Assembly: GCF_963921235.1 (NCBI RefSeq)
Contig: NC_086108.1
Coordinates: forward strand, 88,352,001 to 88,416,000
Source of the DNA: Mobula hypostoma
Taxonomy: Eukaryota
Length of the DNA stretch: 64,000 nt
Direction of reading: 5' to 3'
The stretch's first letter is position 1. The number at the start of each line of letters is the position of its first letter. Under the pieces are notes generated by a model, which had not been told where the DNA came from, did no database searches, and worked only from the letters and a program-made list of their open reading frames with translations. Shown here one piece after another: positions 13,128-25,500 of this stretch. The position numbers and the translations under genes were made by a program.

Positions 13128-13790
13128 TTATAATATGTTGGAGGTACTAGCAGAGATTTCTGTTCGGCTCTCTACCACATTGCTTCCTGAAATAGTAAAA
13201 ACATTTTGCTCCCTTCTGATTGTGGACCTAGCTACTATATAGGAATATAGTTTGAAGATTAACACATAGAAAAATAGTACAATCAGAATGGTGGAACCGA
13301 TCACTGTTAGAACTACCCCTGCGATCAACTTATCACTCCAGTATCTAACTGGAGGGTAACGTTCAGAATTTGCCACAATTATCACGCTATAACCACAGGT
13401 AAGTACTATGAATCCAGTGAATGAAATAACCAGATAATCAATTAATCCACCACTCCTTAACTTGTCGATATAAGCCCTGTTCCTCACACAGTTCATGTCC
13501 TGGAGGGCAGAGGTCAACAGTTGTTTAAAGAGAATAACTAAAGATAATAGGCACAGGAGAATTCCTATGCCCAGTCTCCATTCACCAGATTTACTGATGG
13601 TTGTAGATATCAGAACAATCCCCCCTATTCCAGTCCCTAACATCAAGAACAACGTCACGAAGTAGCACAAGATCACTCTTTTCATGTCCTGGAACCACCA
13701 TAATTCAATCTGATCCTCCAAGATACTCTGCTGGATTCGGGAACGATTTGCTGGGAAACGACCAGCTCTGATCTCAGAAAGCTCAGACAT
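13128..13790 (-). CDS. TMEM125: Transmembrane protein 125, single coding exon, 220 aa
   Basis: MSELSE..EDQIELWWFQDMKR..STTISKSGEWRLGIG..KQLLTSALQDMNCVR..LRSGG..FTISG..STSNIL matches remembered TMEM125 motifs (EQVELWW, SGEWRL, AVQDMNC, LRSGG, FSISG). Four hydrophobic helices. Acceptor-like AGs at 13814-13815 and 13791-13792. Syntenic with CFAP57. Confidence 0.95.
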   Translation of the reverse strand: MSELSEIRAGRFPANRSRIQQSILEDQIELWWFQDMKRVILCYFVTLFLMLGTGIGGIVLISTTISKSGEWRLGIGILLCLLSLVILFKQLLTSALQDMNCVRNRAYIDKLRSGGLIDYLVISFTGFIVLTCGYSVIIVANSERYPPVRYWSDKLIAGVVLTVIGSTILIVLFFYVLIFKLYSYIVARSTIRREQNVFTISGSNVVESRTEISASTSNIL

Positions 13791-15506
13791 CTGGAGAACT
13801 TGTCGGTCAGTATCTAAAATGAAGAAACTTAACATAAATCTTCAAAACACCAGACATTAAATAAGCTAATGATTAACTTTTAAAGAGTTTGGGAATGTTG
13901 CCACGATGATACAAACGCCCAATACTCATAAACGTAGTACAGAATTTATCAAGATGTCACTATATCTGGTACAATCTTTGAAGCATAAGTTATAAGGCAA
14001 GTTCTTCATTTCTACGTTCTGTAGATATGTTACAACATTGTCTTAAAATAAATTATAGGAAAGCATAACTCGTTCTCACCAAAAACTCCTCAATACAACA
14101 GAAACATTTTTTTTTGCAGGATGCAACGACACTCCTTGGAAATTCTGCACTTTCAGTGGCTGTGGAAGTTCACCTGGAGTTGGAAGCACAAGTGATTCTA
14201 AATTTTGCAAGTATGCAGCAACCCCGTATCCAGGAGCCCACTTTAATTCTTCATCACTTGCCTTTTTCATTAACGACGTTGTTTATTTCCCATGTTTTAA
14301 ATCCGCATTTCATTAAACGTCCAAGCACTCAGCGAGTTTTATTCCACGTAGAAAACTAGCGTCAGATGGAATGACTATGTACTGTACACTGCCATCGGAG
14401 AAACTGCCATACAAAATCAAACCAAGTACACCAAAACTGTTTAAAGTTGCTGTGGATTAAAGTTTCCCTCAACAGTTCCATCTCACTTTTAGTATTTAAC
14501 TGCTTGCATGTTGTACTTTTGACATCTGGTGCTTTACACCGTATTGAGTTGAATTTCTTAGTTCAGGATTAATTTCCAGTAAAACATCGGGGTTCAGCTG
14601 CATACAGGCTGACTGTAGTACAGCACTACATTATGCCAGGCTCAGTTTCATATTCAACAGGTATAACTCGCTGCTCTGCTGCATCATTGACTGCAACTCC
14701 GGGTTCGACGTAGTTCCTACCAGGTGCTTTTGACCCTTTCCGACAGAATCGGCAACAAAATATAACATCACCAATCCTTGTTATTTTTCTGATTCCTCCC
14801 GCCTTCAATACATTGCGTACTTTATTTTTCTTTTATTTCCTGGTTTCCTTCATGGGTCTGTCTTCTCAAATTTGGCCCTTGTTTCATTTCCTGGTTATAC
14901 GTCGGTGAATTCTTTCAGTCTCCGTGTCTACTGATTGATATATTCAAGTTGCCACCATTCAGCCCTAGTCTGCGTTCCGTCAGCGCTCAGGTGAAGGATA
15001 CCATAGTTTTCAGTTTTCCTTCAGGTCCTTCCCCCGGCCACGAAGGTGTCCCTTTCGCGTCACACTTTTGTTTCTGTTGGATACGGTGTGATTACATTCT
15101 GACTCCACCCTCGTCTGCTGTAGAACAGGTTTAACGTGGAATGCACAAGTACGTCTCCGAAGGGAAGGGCTACTTGCAAAAGTTACCCGGAATCGTTTCT
15201 CAGGCATGGATATCTGTGAACTGAGATTTTATTGCACCAGGTTTTTTCCACGTTGCGTTACAAATCACTGGGGCTTCTGAATCTCGCGAAGAAAGACTCA
15301 GATTGAATGCTGTAATATGTTACGTTTGCTTTTGTTATCCAAAGTCCCCAAATTTCACAGAAAAATTGCCAAATTTATATTAATTTTCAGAAATATAACA
15401 ATAAAAATAAAGGTTGCTTTCATATAGCTCCATAATTCATTAGATATGTTTCAAAACAATGTGAACTTCTTTGGTTTGTGATTGCAACAGGAATATTGAA
15501 AAAGGT

Positions 15507-15627
15507 AACACACATCAAAGTTGCTGATGAACGCAGCAGGCCAGGCAGCATCTCTAGGAAGAGGTACAGTCGACGTTTCAGGCTGAGACCGTTCGTCAGG
15601 ACTAACTGAAGGAAGAGTTAGTAAGAG
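15507..15627 (-). mobile_element. 121-bp PLE-derived hammerhead insertion
   Basis: TSD ATTGAAAAAGGT at 15495-15506 and 15628-15639. Confidence 0.85.
15568..15603 (-). ncRNA. Minimal hammerhead ribozyme motif
   Basis: Minus strand reads AGTC-CTGACGA-ACGGTCTCAGCCT-GAAAC-GTC-GACT. Stem I (AGTC/GACT) is intact and stem II has mismatches. Confidence 0.55.
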
Positions 15628-15829
15628 ATTGAAAAAGGTGACGTGTTATGCCATGTTAAACTTCCTTGTTCACTTTGAGTTTGTTTATCTTAGATAATAT
15701 TGAGGTACATTTACCATGTCAGAGAAGGAGATCACAACTGTAATAGAGAGCTGTTCTACTATCAACCCCAACTCTTACAAAATCTCAAAGACTTCCATTT
15801 TGGTGATCCTGCCTTGATATAAAAAGCTA

Positions 15830-16760
15830 TTTTAACAGGATCCCACCAACAAGCACATCTTCCCTCCCCCCCTCCCACTTTCTGCAGCGATCGCTCCCTA
15901 TGCGACTTCCTTATCCATTTGTCCCTCCCCACTGATCTCCCTCCTGATACTCATCTTTGCAAGCAGAACAAATTCCACACCTGCCTCATCACCTCCTCCC
16001 TCACTACCATTCAGGGCCTCATACAGTCCTTCCAGGTGAGGTGATACTTCACCTGTGAGACTGTTGAGGTCAGCTACCGTATCCGGTGCTCCCGGTGTGG
16101 CATCCTGTATATCAGTGAGACCCGACATAGATTAGGAGGCTGGTCAGCTGAGTACCTATGCCCTGTCTACAGAAAAAGCGGGATCTCCCAGTGGCCATCC
16201 ATGTCAATTTACCTCCCATTCCCATTCTGACATGTCAGTCCATGGCCTCATATCCTGATGTGATGAGGCCACACTCAGGTTGGAGGAGCAACACCTTATA
16301 TTCTGTCTGGTTAGCCTCCAACTTGATAGCATAAACATTGATTTCTTGAACTTCCAGAAACTGCCCTCCTTCACCATTCACCATTCCTGTTACTCTCTCT
16401 CTCTTTATGTTCTTACTTGACCATTACCTCCCTCTAGTGCTCCTCCCCCTTTCCTTCCTTTCATTGTCTTTACCCTCTCCTATCAGATTTCCCTTCTCCA
16501 GCACTCTATCTCTTTCACCAATCAACTTCCCAACTCGATTTCACCTCTCCCCCTCCCAGTTTCACCAATCACTTATTACCCTGTACCTCTTCCTCCCCTC
16601 CCCCCACTTTCTCATTCTGATTCCTCATTTTTTTTCCAGTCCTGATGAGGGGTCTTGGCCCGAAATGTTGACTGTTGACTCTTTTTCATAGATGCTGCCT
16701 GGACTGCTGAGTTCCTCCAACATTTTGTGTGTGTGTTGTAGATTTTCTCGTGCTTGTGTT
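15830..16760 (+). mobile_element. Penelope-like element (Neptune type), 3' fragment: GIY-YIG plus terminal repeat with decayed hammerhead
   Basis: Translates as SFQVR*YFTCETVEVSYRIRCSRCGILYISETRHRLG. CAGTC-CTGATGA-GGGGTCTTGGCCC-GAAATGTT-GACTG at 16637-16674 is a CpG-decayed form of the motif. Confidence 0.85.
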
Positions 16761-17244
16761 AAAAATCCTCTTCTTCGTTTTCAAGAGCTTCTTCGGCGGC
16801 TTAGTTGCCAACGGTTGAGCTCCTGATCAATGGCTCAGAATAGGACAGTATCTTTAACAGTGGGTCATGGTCCGGTCCGTGAAGTCCGCATTCCGGTTCA
16901 CGGTCCAGTCCGTGGACTCAGGACTCCGGGTCTTCCAGCTGTCCCTTGTTTTGGTTGAGTTAATCATAGGCACCTGATTCCCATCTTGAGGCTTGGAATA
17001 TAAGTAGCCTTGGGGACAAACCTGTGGGCTGCTGAGCTGATTGGATGGTGATGGTGTGTGGCTGAAGCAGCAGTGATATGGACTGGAAAATGGTAGAGAG
17101 AGAACATCAAGGAAAGAGCCAAGCTGTTGAAGGAAGTTTTTGGTGGGAGTGGAAGTGAACTAGAGATGGAGGTTGGTGGGAAAGAGGAATGGAATGGAAA
17201 AACAAGAAAAGAAAGCAGAGGTATGGGATATCAAACTCTGAAGA

Positions 17245-18745
17245 TGTCATTGTCTGGTCTGTGAAGTCTGCATTCTGGTTCATGGTCTGGTCTGTGGACT
17301 TAGGACTCTGGGTCTTCCAGCTGTCCCTCATTTGATTGAATTAATCATAGGCACCTGATTCCCATCTTGGGGCTTGGGTTTGTCTTGTCAGTCCCCCTTG
17401 GAGCAACCTGCTGATGGAAGGCTAGTGAAACCATTTGTGATCTTTAGGCCTGTTTGGAGAACCATTGCTTCATGGAGCCTTGCTGTTGGTAGTTCGAGCT
17501 GTTGTTGTGGTATGGATTTGGCTGTTTCCTGCCAGCTGAGTGGCTGCCATCCACTCCAAGCTAGGTAGGGATCTGGCTGTTTCTGTAGCCAGCTGAGGTT
17601 GCTGGCTGAACTGAGACTTGGAGCTACCCTGGAGCAGAGATGGAACTGTCTGTTGTTCATCGGTGTTTGTCTCTTCTTGTCCTTGCCTCTGTGGGGTAAG
17701 TCAGGCCATTTTGCTGTTGACCTGTGAGGGGCATGTCTTGTCTTGTCCTTGCCTTTGCTGGGTAATTCTGGCCATTCTGCCATTACCTGACGGAGGGACC
17801 TGCCCACCTTGGTGTGGAGATGAAGTTGAGTCCCGGCTTGTCTTAGGATAAGTCCTGGCTCTATGTCTATGTTCTGTCCTGTTTCATGTTAGTGTCATGT
17901 TAAAGATGAGTCCTGGCTTGTTGAAGGATAAGTCCCAGCTCTATGTTGATGTCGGTTCCCAGTCTCTCTGAGCTGCTGCCTCTGAGTTATCAGCCTCAAG
18001 CCCCAAGCGCTAAGAACCCAAGCCTCGCGGATCCCGCAGCCAAGCGCCAAGAACCCAAGCCTCGCGGATCCCGCAGCCAAGCGCCAAGAACCCAAGCCTC
18101 GCGGATCCCGCAGCCAAGCGCCAAGAACCCAAGCCTCGCGGATCCCGCAGCCAAGCGCCAAGAACCCAAGCCTCGCGGATCCCGCAGCCAAGCGCCAAGA
18201 ACCCAAGCCTCGCGGATCCCGCAGCCAAGCGCCAAGAACCCAAGCCTCGCGGATCCCGCAGCCAAGCGCCAAGAACCCAAGCCTCGCGGATCCCGCAGCC
18301 AAGCTCAAGATCCAAGACCCCAGCCTGCAGCCATATCATGTCCTTGCCTGGTTCTGGGGTCCACGCCTGAGGCAAGACCCAGGTTCTGGGTCCTTGTCCA
18401 GTCTCGGGCTCAGAGACCAAGCCTCGTCTTGTCTCCAAGTTCAGGCCTCTAGACCCCAGCCATGTCTTGTCCTGAAGCCATGCCATGTCCTTGCCTGGTT
18501 CTGAGGTCCGAGCCTGAGGCAAGACCCAGGTTCTGGGTCTTTGTCCAGTCTCGGGCTTGCAGTCCAAGCCTTACCTCCTAGTCCATGGTTTCTAGTTCTG
18601 GTCCCGCTTTCCCTAGCCCAAGTCTGCATTCTTGTCCCTGCTCCTGGTCTGAATCCTGTCACGTCCCTACTCTAAAGTCCTGTTCCTTGTACTTCAGTGT
18701 CTGTGTCTTGCATTTGGGTCTGTTCCTAGCACCCCGATTGTGACA
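17245..18745 (+). mobile_element. Solo LTR (inner), same family as the outer LTR, inserted in LINE ORF1
   Basis: TGTCA...GTGACA termini. Flanks GAAGA / GAGGA (5-bp TSD with one mismatch). Confidence 0.8.
18003..18304. repeat. 37-bp minisatellite, 8 copies plus 6 bp
   Basis: Unit CCAAGCGCCAAGAACCCAAGCCTCGCGGATCCCGCAG. Copies are identical except for one base in the first unit. Confidence 0.95.
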
Positions 18746-21700
18746 GAGGAGTCAGTGGATGATCAAAACAGGACAGCAAAACAATGGAAAGATGAGATTA
18801 AAGCAATTATAAAACTAAGTGAAGATGGGGTGCCTTTTGGTGATTAGAGCCTGATTTGTTTAATGAAGATGCTCAACAAAATTATAGGTGAGATTAAAGG
18901 AGCAAAGATTTTATGAAATGGATCGCTATTAGTGATTTGTCGGGTTAGTACTCAGCAAGGCAAAGTGATAAGATTATGTAAAATAGATGACAAAGAAGTA
19001 CAATGCTCAATACCCAACAATAGAAAGTGGACTCGAGGAGTTATTTCGGGGATACCAACAAAAGTTACTATGGATGAGATTAAACAGAACATAAAAGGAG
19101 CAAAAATTATTGAGGCCAAACGTTTGAAAGTTACAAGAAACAGGAGAAAGTTAACTTTGATGAAGAGAGATTGCCGACTAACGTTTACTTAGGGTATATG
19201 TGTTATGCGGTTAGAATATATATACCACTGCCTTTAAGATGCTATAAATGTCAGAAATTCGGGCACATTGCGGCGGTCTGCAGGGGAAAACAAAGATGTG
19301 GGAGATGTGCTGGAGAACATGAATATGGGAAATGTGAAGCGGGAGCTAGGCTGAAATGCTGCAATTGTGGTGAGGAGCACAGCGCAGCTTACCAAGGGTG
19401 CATTTATAGCAAGAAGGCGGCTGAGATACAATATGTAAAAGTAACTCAAGGAATCAGTTATGCAGAGGCAGTGAAAGAATTTGATGAAAAAAGGCTGTCA
19501 AGCAAATAAATACAGGGAATAATAAACTGGTGAATTGTGAGAGCTGTAATATGAAAAATAAGGATAATTATTAATGAGTAGAAAGGATTTCGTGCTTTTT
19601 ATGGTGGATACAATTAATTGTTCAGTGCAATCAAGCAAAAGAACTGAAAATTAGAATTATCGTCAAGTCTGCAGAAATGTATCTTGATATTAAAGGGATT
19701 AGGTGGGAAGAGGTCAAAGGAACGCTGAATGGAGGATCCAACAGTTCACAGGCAGGGGAGATGGAATCTTAATGGCAGTATATTTATCGCAAATGATCAA
19801 GAATTTAAGAAATGTTTCAGAACTTAAGGAAAATCCTCAGATCTTACGGTTGATGCCCAGGGTAAATGTGCAGAACTCCAACAACAAATAGAAGTACCCG
19901 ACAAGAACAACAGTGAGTTGGAAAGAGATTGGAAAATGGAGGAAATTATTACAAGGATACAAAAGGAAAAGGAATTTGTTGTGAAGTGAATTATCTACAT
20001 TCAGATTATAAAATGAAAACATGGAAGCAAATGAAGAAGAACTCCGAGGTTTCAGTAAACAACTGTAGGCTGTGATCCAAGAAAAGGAAAACCTGAAAAA
20101 GCAGATAGACTTGGAAAAACAGCAATTTTAGAAGTATAACATGTGATAATCACTATTCTTTAACAAGACTATTTTAGTCTTACAAGTGATGTAGATGAAA
20201 TCAATGTAATTGAGGTAATGCAACTACACGAAAACGTGACAAAATTAGGGCAGAATAGTAGTTTGTGGCATTATCTAATGAGTGCATTAAGCATTCATGA
20301 GGAATTGAATGATGCTAATAGAGAACTGCAGGCTGAACTAGATTGTCTAAAGTAGAGAACTCCAGGACACATTTGGTTGGAACACAAGAAGTCTAGCAGG
20401 TGGTGGTAATGTGCTGAAAACTGGTTGCCAACTGCCATAAAACAAAGAAGTCTGTGAGCTGCTGGTTTGTCTTGTCAAGATCCCCTGAGAACAACCTGCC
20501 GGTGGAAGGCTAGACTGGCCACTTGTCATTTTTAGGCCGTGTTGGAGAACCATTGCTTCATGGAGCCTTGCTGTCGGTAGTCAGAGCTGTCTTTGCAGTT
20601 TGGATTCGGCTGTTTCCCGGGCCAGCTGAGTGGCTGCAGCCACACCAAGCAAGGTAGGGATCTGGCTGTTTCTGTAGCCGGCTGAGGCTGCTGGCCGAAC
20701 TGAGTCTTGGAGCAACCTTGATGGAGAGATGAAACTGTCTGTCATTCTTCGGTGTTTGTCTCTTCTTGTTCTTGCCTCTGTGGGGCAAGTCAGGCTGTTC
20801 TGCTGTTGTCCTGCAGGGGGATCTGTCTTGTCTTGTCTTTGCCTCTGTTGGGTAGGTCCGGCCATTCTGCCGTTACCTGATGGATGGACCCGTCCCACCT
20901 TAGTGTGGAGAAGAATTTGAGTCCCAGCTTGTCTAAGTATAAGTTCCGGCTCTCTGTCTATGTACTGTCCTGTCTCATGTTGGTGTTGTGTTAAAGATAA
21001 GTCCCGGCTCTGTGTTGATGTACAGTTCCCAGTCTGTCTCTGAGCTCCAGTCTCCGAGTTATCAGCCTCAAGCACCAAGACCCCAGCCACGTCCTGTCCT
21101 GTAGCCATGTCATGTCCTTGCCTAGTTCTGGGGTCCGAGCCCGAGGCAAGACCCAGGTCCTGGGTCCTTGTCCAGTCTCTGGCTCGGAGTCCAAACCCAG
21201 GCTCCAGTTCCTAGAGATTGAGTGAGACACTAAAAGAATGGAACAATTACATGACAAATAGTTCCTTGTCTGGGTTCCCTGTGTCTAATCCATGTACTAG
21301 CCCAAGTCTGCATTCTTGTCCCTGCTCCTTGTCTGTATCCTGTCACGTCCCTACTGTAGTCAAGTCCTGTTCCTTGTACTTCAGTGTCTGTATCTAGCAT
21401 TTGGGTCCACCATCAGCCCCCCCTTTGTGACACAGTGAATAGTCAACAAATATATCTAGATGAAAATTGACAGGCATTTAATGTACAAAGATAACCGGAT
21501 GAAAATAAAAAAAACTTGCAAGGGGGGAAAGAGAGTGGGAAAGAGGTGTTGAAGGCAAGATTTTCCATTATGATTTGATATGAGCAGATTTGAAAGCCCC
21601 ATTGACCTTCATGTGCTCCTGATTCTTCTATTCTTATTTTATACCCAGAAGGAAGACCTTTTCTAGGCTGGAATTCTTTTATTACAATAATGTATCACAA

Positions 21701-22569
21701 TGTGCACTGGAAATATTGAAACCCAAGTCTGGAAGAAACTCTGATGTAGAGATGGTGACCAAACTTATTCATGAGGATTCCAACTGAACATGAGTGACTT
21801 GGCCATGTGACACCACGAGATGTAACATCCTCAAAACTAGGACTCTGCGATTACCACTAATTAGGTGTCTGCTTAAATAGTACAAAGTAACATGGAATCC
21901 CTGAGCCTATTGACATAAATTTAACAATTTTAAACAGAAAGCAGCTGGAGACTGCATTACGGAAAGCAAGTTCCTTGAGGAATAACACAAGGGCCTCTAA
22001 ATGATTAATAACTCATTAAACCACAATTAACCAATTCAGGTGCTCTAAAAACCTGAGCTCAATGCTGTTGGCTCATTGCACAGGCCTGAAGAGCTCAATT
22101 CATAATGTCTTCTCCCCACTCTTAATAATTTCTTCCATGCATTCACAAGGGAACCTGTGGGTGACCAACAGCCACAGGAAGCTCTTGGGACTAGAAGGTT
22201 GCAGCTACCAAAGTTTCCCTTTCCAGACTCGTAGATCAGCAGTTAGATTTGTCATGGGTTTATTCTGTTGAGATTGAGTGAGACACTAAAAGAATGGAAC
22301 AATTACGTGACAAATAGGTGAAAAATATCTCCATGCGAGGACAGGAAAAAGCAATGTATATTTTTTATATCAAAGCCCAAGGGCAGAGAAGTACTAAGCT
22401 CCTTGAACCTACTGCCATTTGGTGTGTTCACAAATGATCTGAGACAAAATTCCAGTCTTTTCACAATAGTTTTGGTTAATTGTAGAATTAAAATTAACAA
22501 GTAATCTGGAATCAAATGTCATTTACAGAATTCCAAATTTCTATCACCTTCATCTCTGCTCGCCTTCAT

Positions 22570-25500
22570 CATAGAACATAGAATAGTACAGCACAGTACA
22601 GGCCCTTCGGCCCACAATGTTGTGCTGACCCTTAACCCTGCCTCCCCACCTTAAATTCCTCCATATACCTGTATAGTAGACTCTTAAATTTCACTAGTGT
22701 ATCTGTCTCCACCACTGACTCAGGCAGTGCATTCCACGCACCACCACTTTCTGAGTGAAAAACCTTCCTCTAATATCCCCCTTGAACTTCCCACCCCTTA
22801 CCTTAAAGCCATGTCCCCTTGTATTGAGCAGTGGTGCCCTGGGGAAGAGGCGCTGGCTATCCACTCTATCTATTCCTCTTATTATCTTGTACACCTCTAT
22901 CATGTCTCCTCTCATCCTCCTTCTCTCCAAAGAGTAAAGCCCCAGCTCCCTTAATCTCTGATCATAATGCATACTCTCTAAAATGGGCAGCATCCTGGTA
23001 AATCTCCCCTGTACCCTTTCCAATGCTTCCACATCCTTCCTATAGTGAGGTGACCAGAACTGGACACGGTACTCCAAGTGTGGCCTAACCAGAGTTTTAT
23101 AGAGCTGCATCCTTACATTGCGACTCTTAAACTCTATCCTTCGACTTATGAAAGCTAACACCACATAAGCTTTCTTAACTACCCTATTCACCTGTAGGCA
23201 ACTTTCAGGGATCTGTTGACGTGAACCCCCAGATCCCTCTGCTCCTCCACACTACCAAGTATCTTGCCATTTACTTTGTACTCTGCCTTGGAGTTTGTCC
23301 GTCCAAAGTGTACCACCTCACACTTCTCTGCGTTGAACTCTATCTGCCACTTCTCAGCCCACTCCTGCATCCTATCAATGTCTCTCTGCAATGTTTGACA
23401 ATCCTCTACACTATCTACAACACCACCAACCTTTGTGTTGTCTGCAAACTTGCCAACCCACCCTTCTACCTCCACATCCAGGTTGTTAATAAAAATCATG
23501 AAAAGTAGAGGTCCCAGAACTGATCCTTGTGGGACACCACTTGTCACAATCCTCCAATCTGAATGTACTCCCTCCACCACCACCCTCTGCTTTCTGCAGG
23601 CAAGCCAATTCTGAATCCACCTGGCCAAACTTCCCTGGATCCCATGCCTTCTGACTTCCTAAATAAGCCTACCATGTGGAACCTTATCAAATGCCTTACT
23701 AAAATCCATATAGATCACATCCACCGCACTACCCTCACCTATATGCCTGGTCACCACCTCAAAGAACTCTATCAGGCTTGTTAGACACGATCTGCCCTTC
23801 ACAAAGCCACCCTGACTGTCCCTGATCAGACCATGATTCTCTAAATGCCTATAGATCCTATCTCTAAGAATCTTTTCCAACAGCTTTCCCACCACAGACG
23901 CAAGGCTCACTGGGTCTATAATTACCCGGACTATCCCAACTACCTTTTTTGAACAAGGGGATAACATTCGCCTCCCTCCAGTACCATTCCCGTGGACAAC
24001 TAGGACATAAAGATCCTAGCCAGAGGCTCAGCAATCTCTTCCCTCGCCTTCTGGAGCAGCCTGGAGAATATTCCGTCAGGCATCAGGGACTTATCCATCC
24101 TAATGTATTTTAACAACTCCAGCACCTCCTCTCCCTGAATATCAACATGCTCCAGAACATCAACCTCACTCATATTATCCTCACCATCATCAGGTTCCCT
24201 CTCATTGGTGAATACCGAAGAGAAGTATTCATTGAGGACCTTGCTCACTTCCACAGCCTCCAGGCACATCTTCCCACCTTTATCTCTAATCGGTCCTATC
24301 TTCACTCCTGTCATCCTTTTGTTCTTCACATAATTGAAGAATGCCTTGGGGTTTTCCTTTACCCTACTCGCCAAGGCCTTCTCATGCCCCCCTCTTGCTC
24401 TCCTCAGCCCCTTCTTAAGCTCCTTTCTTTCTACCCTATATTCCTCAATTGACCCATCTGATCCTTGCTTCCTAAACCTCATGTATGCTGCCGCCTTCCA
24501 CCTGACTAGATTTTCCACCTCACTTGTCACCCATGGTTTTCACCCTACCATTCTTTATCTTCCTCACCGGGACAAATTTATCCCTAACATCCTTCAAGAG
24601 ATCCCTAAACATCGACCACCTGTCCATAGTACATTTCCTTGCAAAAACATCATCCCAATTCACACCCGCAAGTTCTAGCCTTATAGCCTCATAATTTGCC
24701 CTTCCCCAATTAAAAATGTTCTTGTCCTCTCTGATTCTATCCTTTTCCATGATAATGTTAAAGGCCAGGGAGCAGTGGTCACTGTCCCCCGGATGCTCAC
24801 CCACTGAGAGATCTGTGACCTGACCCAGTTCATTACCTAATACTAGATCTAGTATGGCATTCCCCTGAGTCGGCCTGTCAACATACTGTGATAGGAATCC
24901 ATCCTGGACACACACAACAAACTCTGCCCCGTCTAAACCATTGGAACTAATCAGGTGCCAATCAATATTAGGGAAGTTAAAGTCACCCATGATAACAACC
25001 CTGTTATTTTTGCACCTTTCCAAAATCTGCCTCCTAATCTACTTCTCTGTATCTCTGCTGCCACCAGGGGAGCCTATAGAATATCCCCAATAGAGTAACT
25101 GCTCCCTTCCTGTTCCTGACTTCCACCCATACTGACTCAAAAGAGGATCCTACTACATTACCCACCCTTTCTGTAGCTGTAATAGTATCCCTGACCTGTA
25201 ATGCCACCCCTCCTCTTCCCCCCCCCCCAATCCCTTTTAAAGCACTGAAATCCAGGAATATTGAGAATCCCTTCCTGCTCTGGTGCCAGCCAAGTCTCTG
25301 TAATGGCCACTACATCATAATTCCATGTATGTATCCAAGCTCTCAGTTCATCACCTTTGTTCCTGATGCTTCTTGCATTGAAGTACACACACTTTAGCCC
25401 TTCTACCTTCCTACTTTTACACCCTTTATTCTGCTTCCCTGTCCTCAAAGCCTCTTTATATATTAGATCTGGCTTTGCACTATACTTGCAGTTCTCGCAT

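Larger units (their letters stand above)
17035..20451 (+). mobile_element. Nimb/I-clade LINE-derived chimeric insertion: ORF1 with three zinc knuckles, start of ORF2, then an unassigned coiled-coil-like segment
   Basis: ORF 19171..19509 RCYKCQKFGHIAAVCRGKQRCGRCAGEH..KCCNCGEEHSAAYQGC. TAATG ORF1/ORF2 overlap near 19770, then IANDQEFKK. Near-perfect 13-bp TSD CTGTG(G/A)GCTGCTG at 17022-17034 and 20452-20464. Confidence 0.75.
16863..21432 (+). mobile_element. Solo LTR (outer), split by a LINE-derived insertion: parts 16863-17034 and 20452-21432
   Basis: Starts GGTCATGG (a variant of TGTCATGG) and ends TGTGACA. 5-bp TSD CAGTG at 16858-16862 and 21433-21437. Colinear with the inner LTR at 17245-18745. 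Confidence 0.75.

Noticed and set aside
13791..13835. Upstream ATG giving a 235-aa TMEM125
   Set aside because: The extension overlaps a pyrimidine tract and acceptor AG, and homologues start near MSE. It is probably intron or UTR.
18003..18304. 37-bp repeats resembling a CRISPR array, and long ORFs across them
   Set aside because: The units are head-to-tail with no spacers, there are no cas genes, and the context is eukaryotic. The ORFs exist only because the unit has no stop codons.
16863..21432. Intact LTR retrotransposon with a zinc-knuckle gag between two LTRs
   Set aside because: Nested TSDs show separate insertions, and the knuckle ORF is LINE ORF1-type, followed by an endonuclease start.
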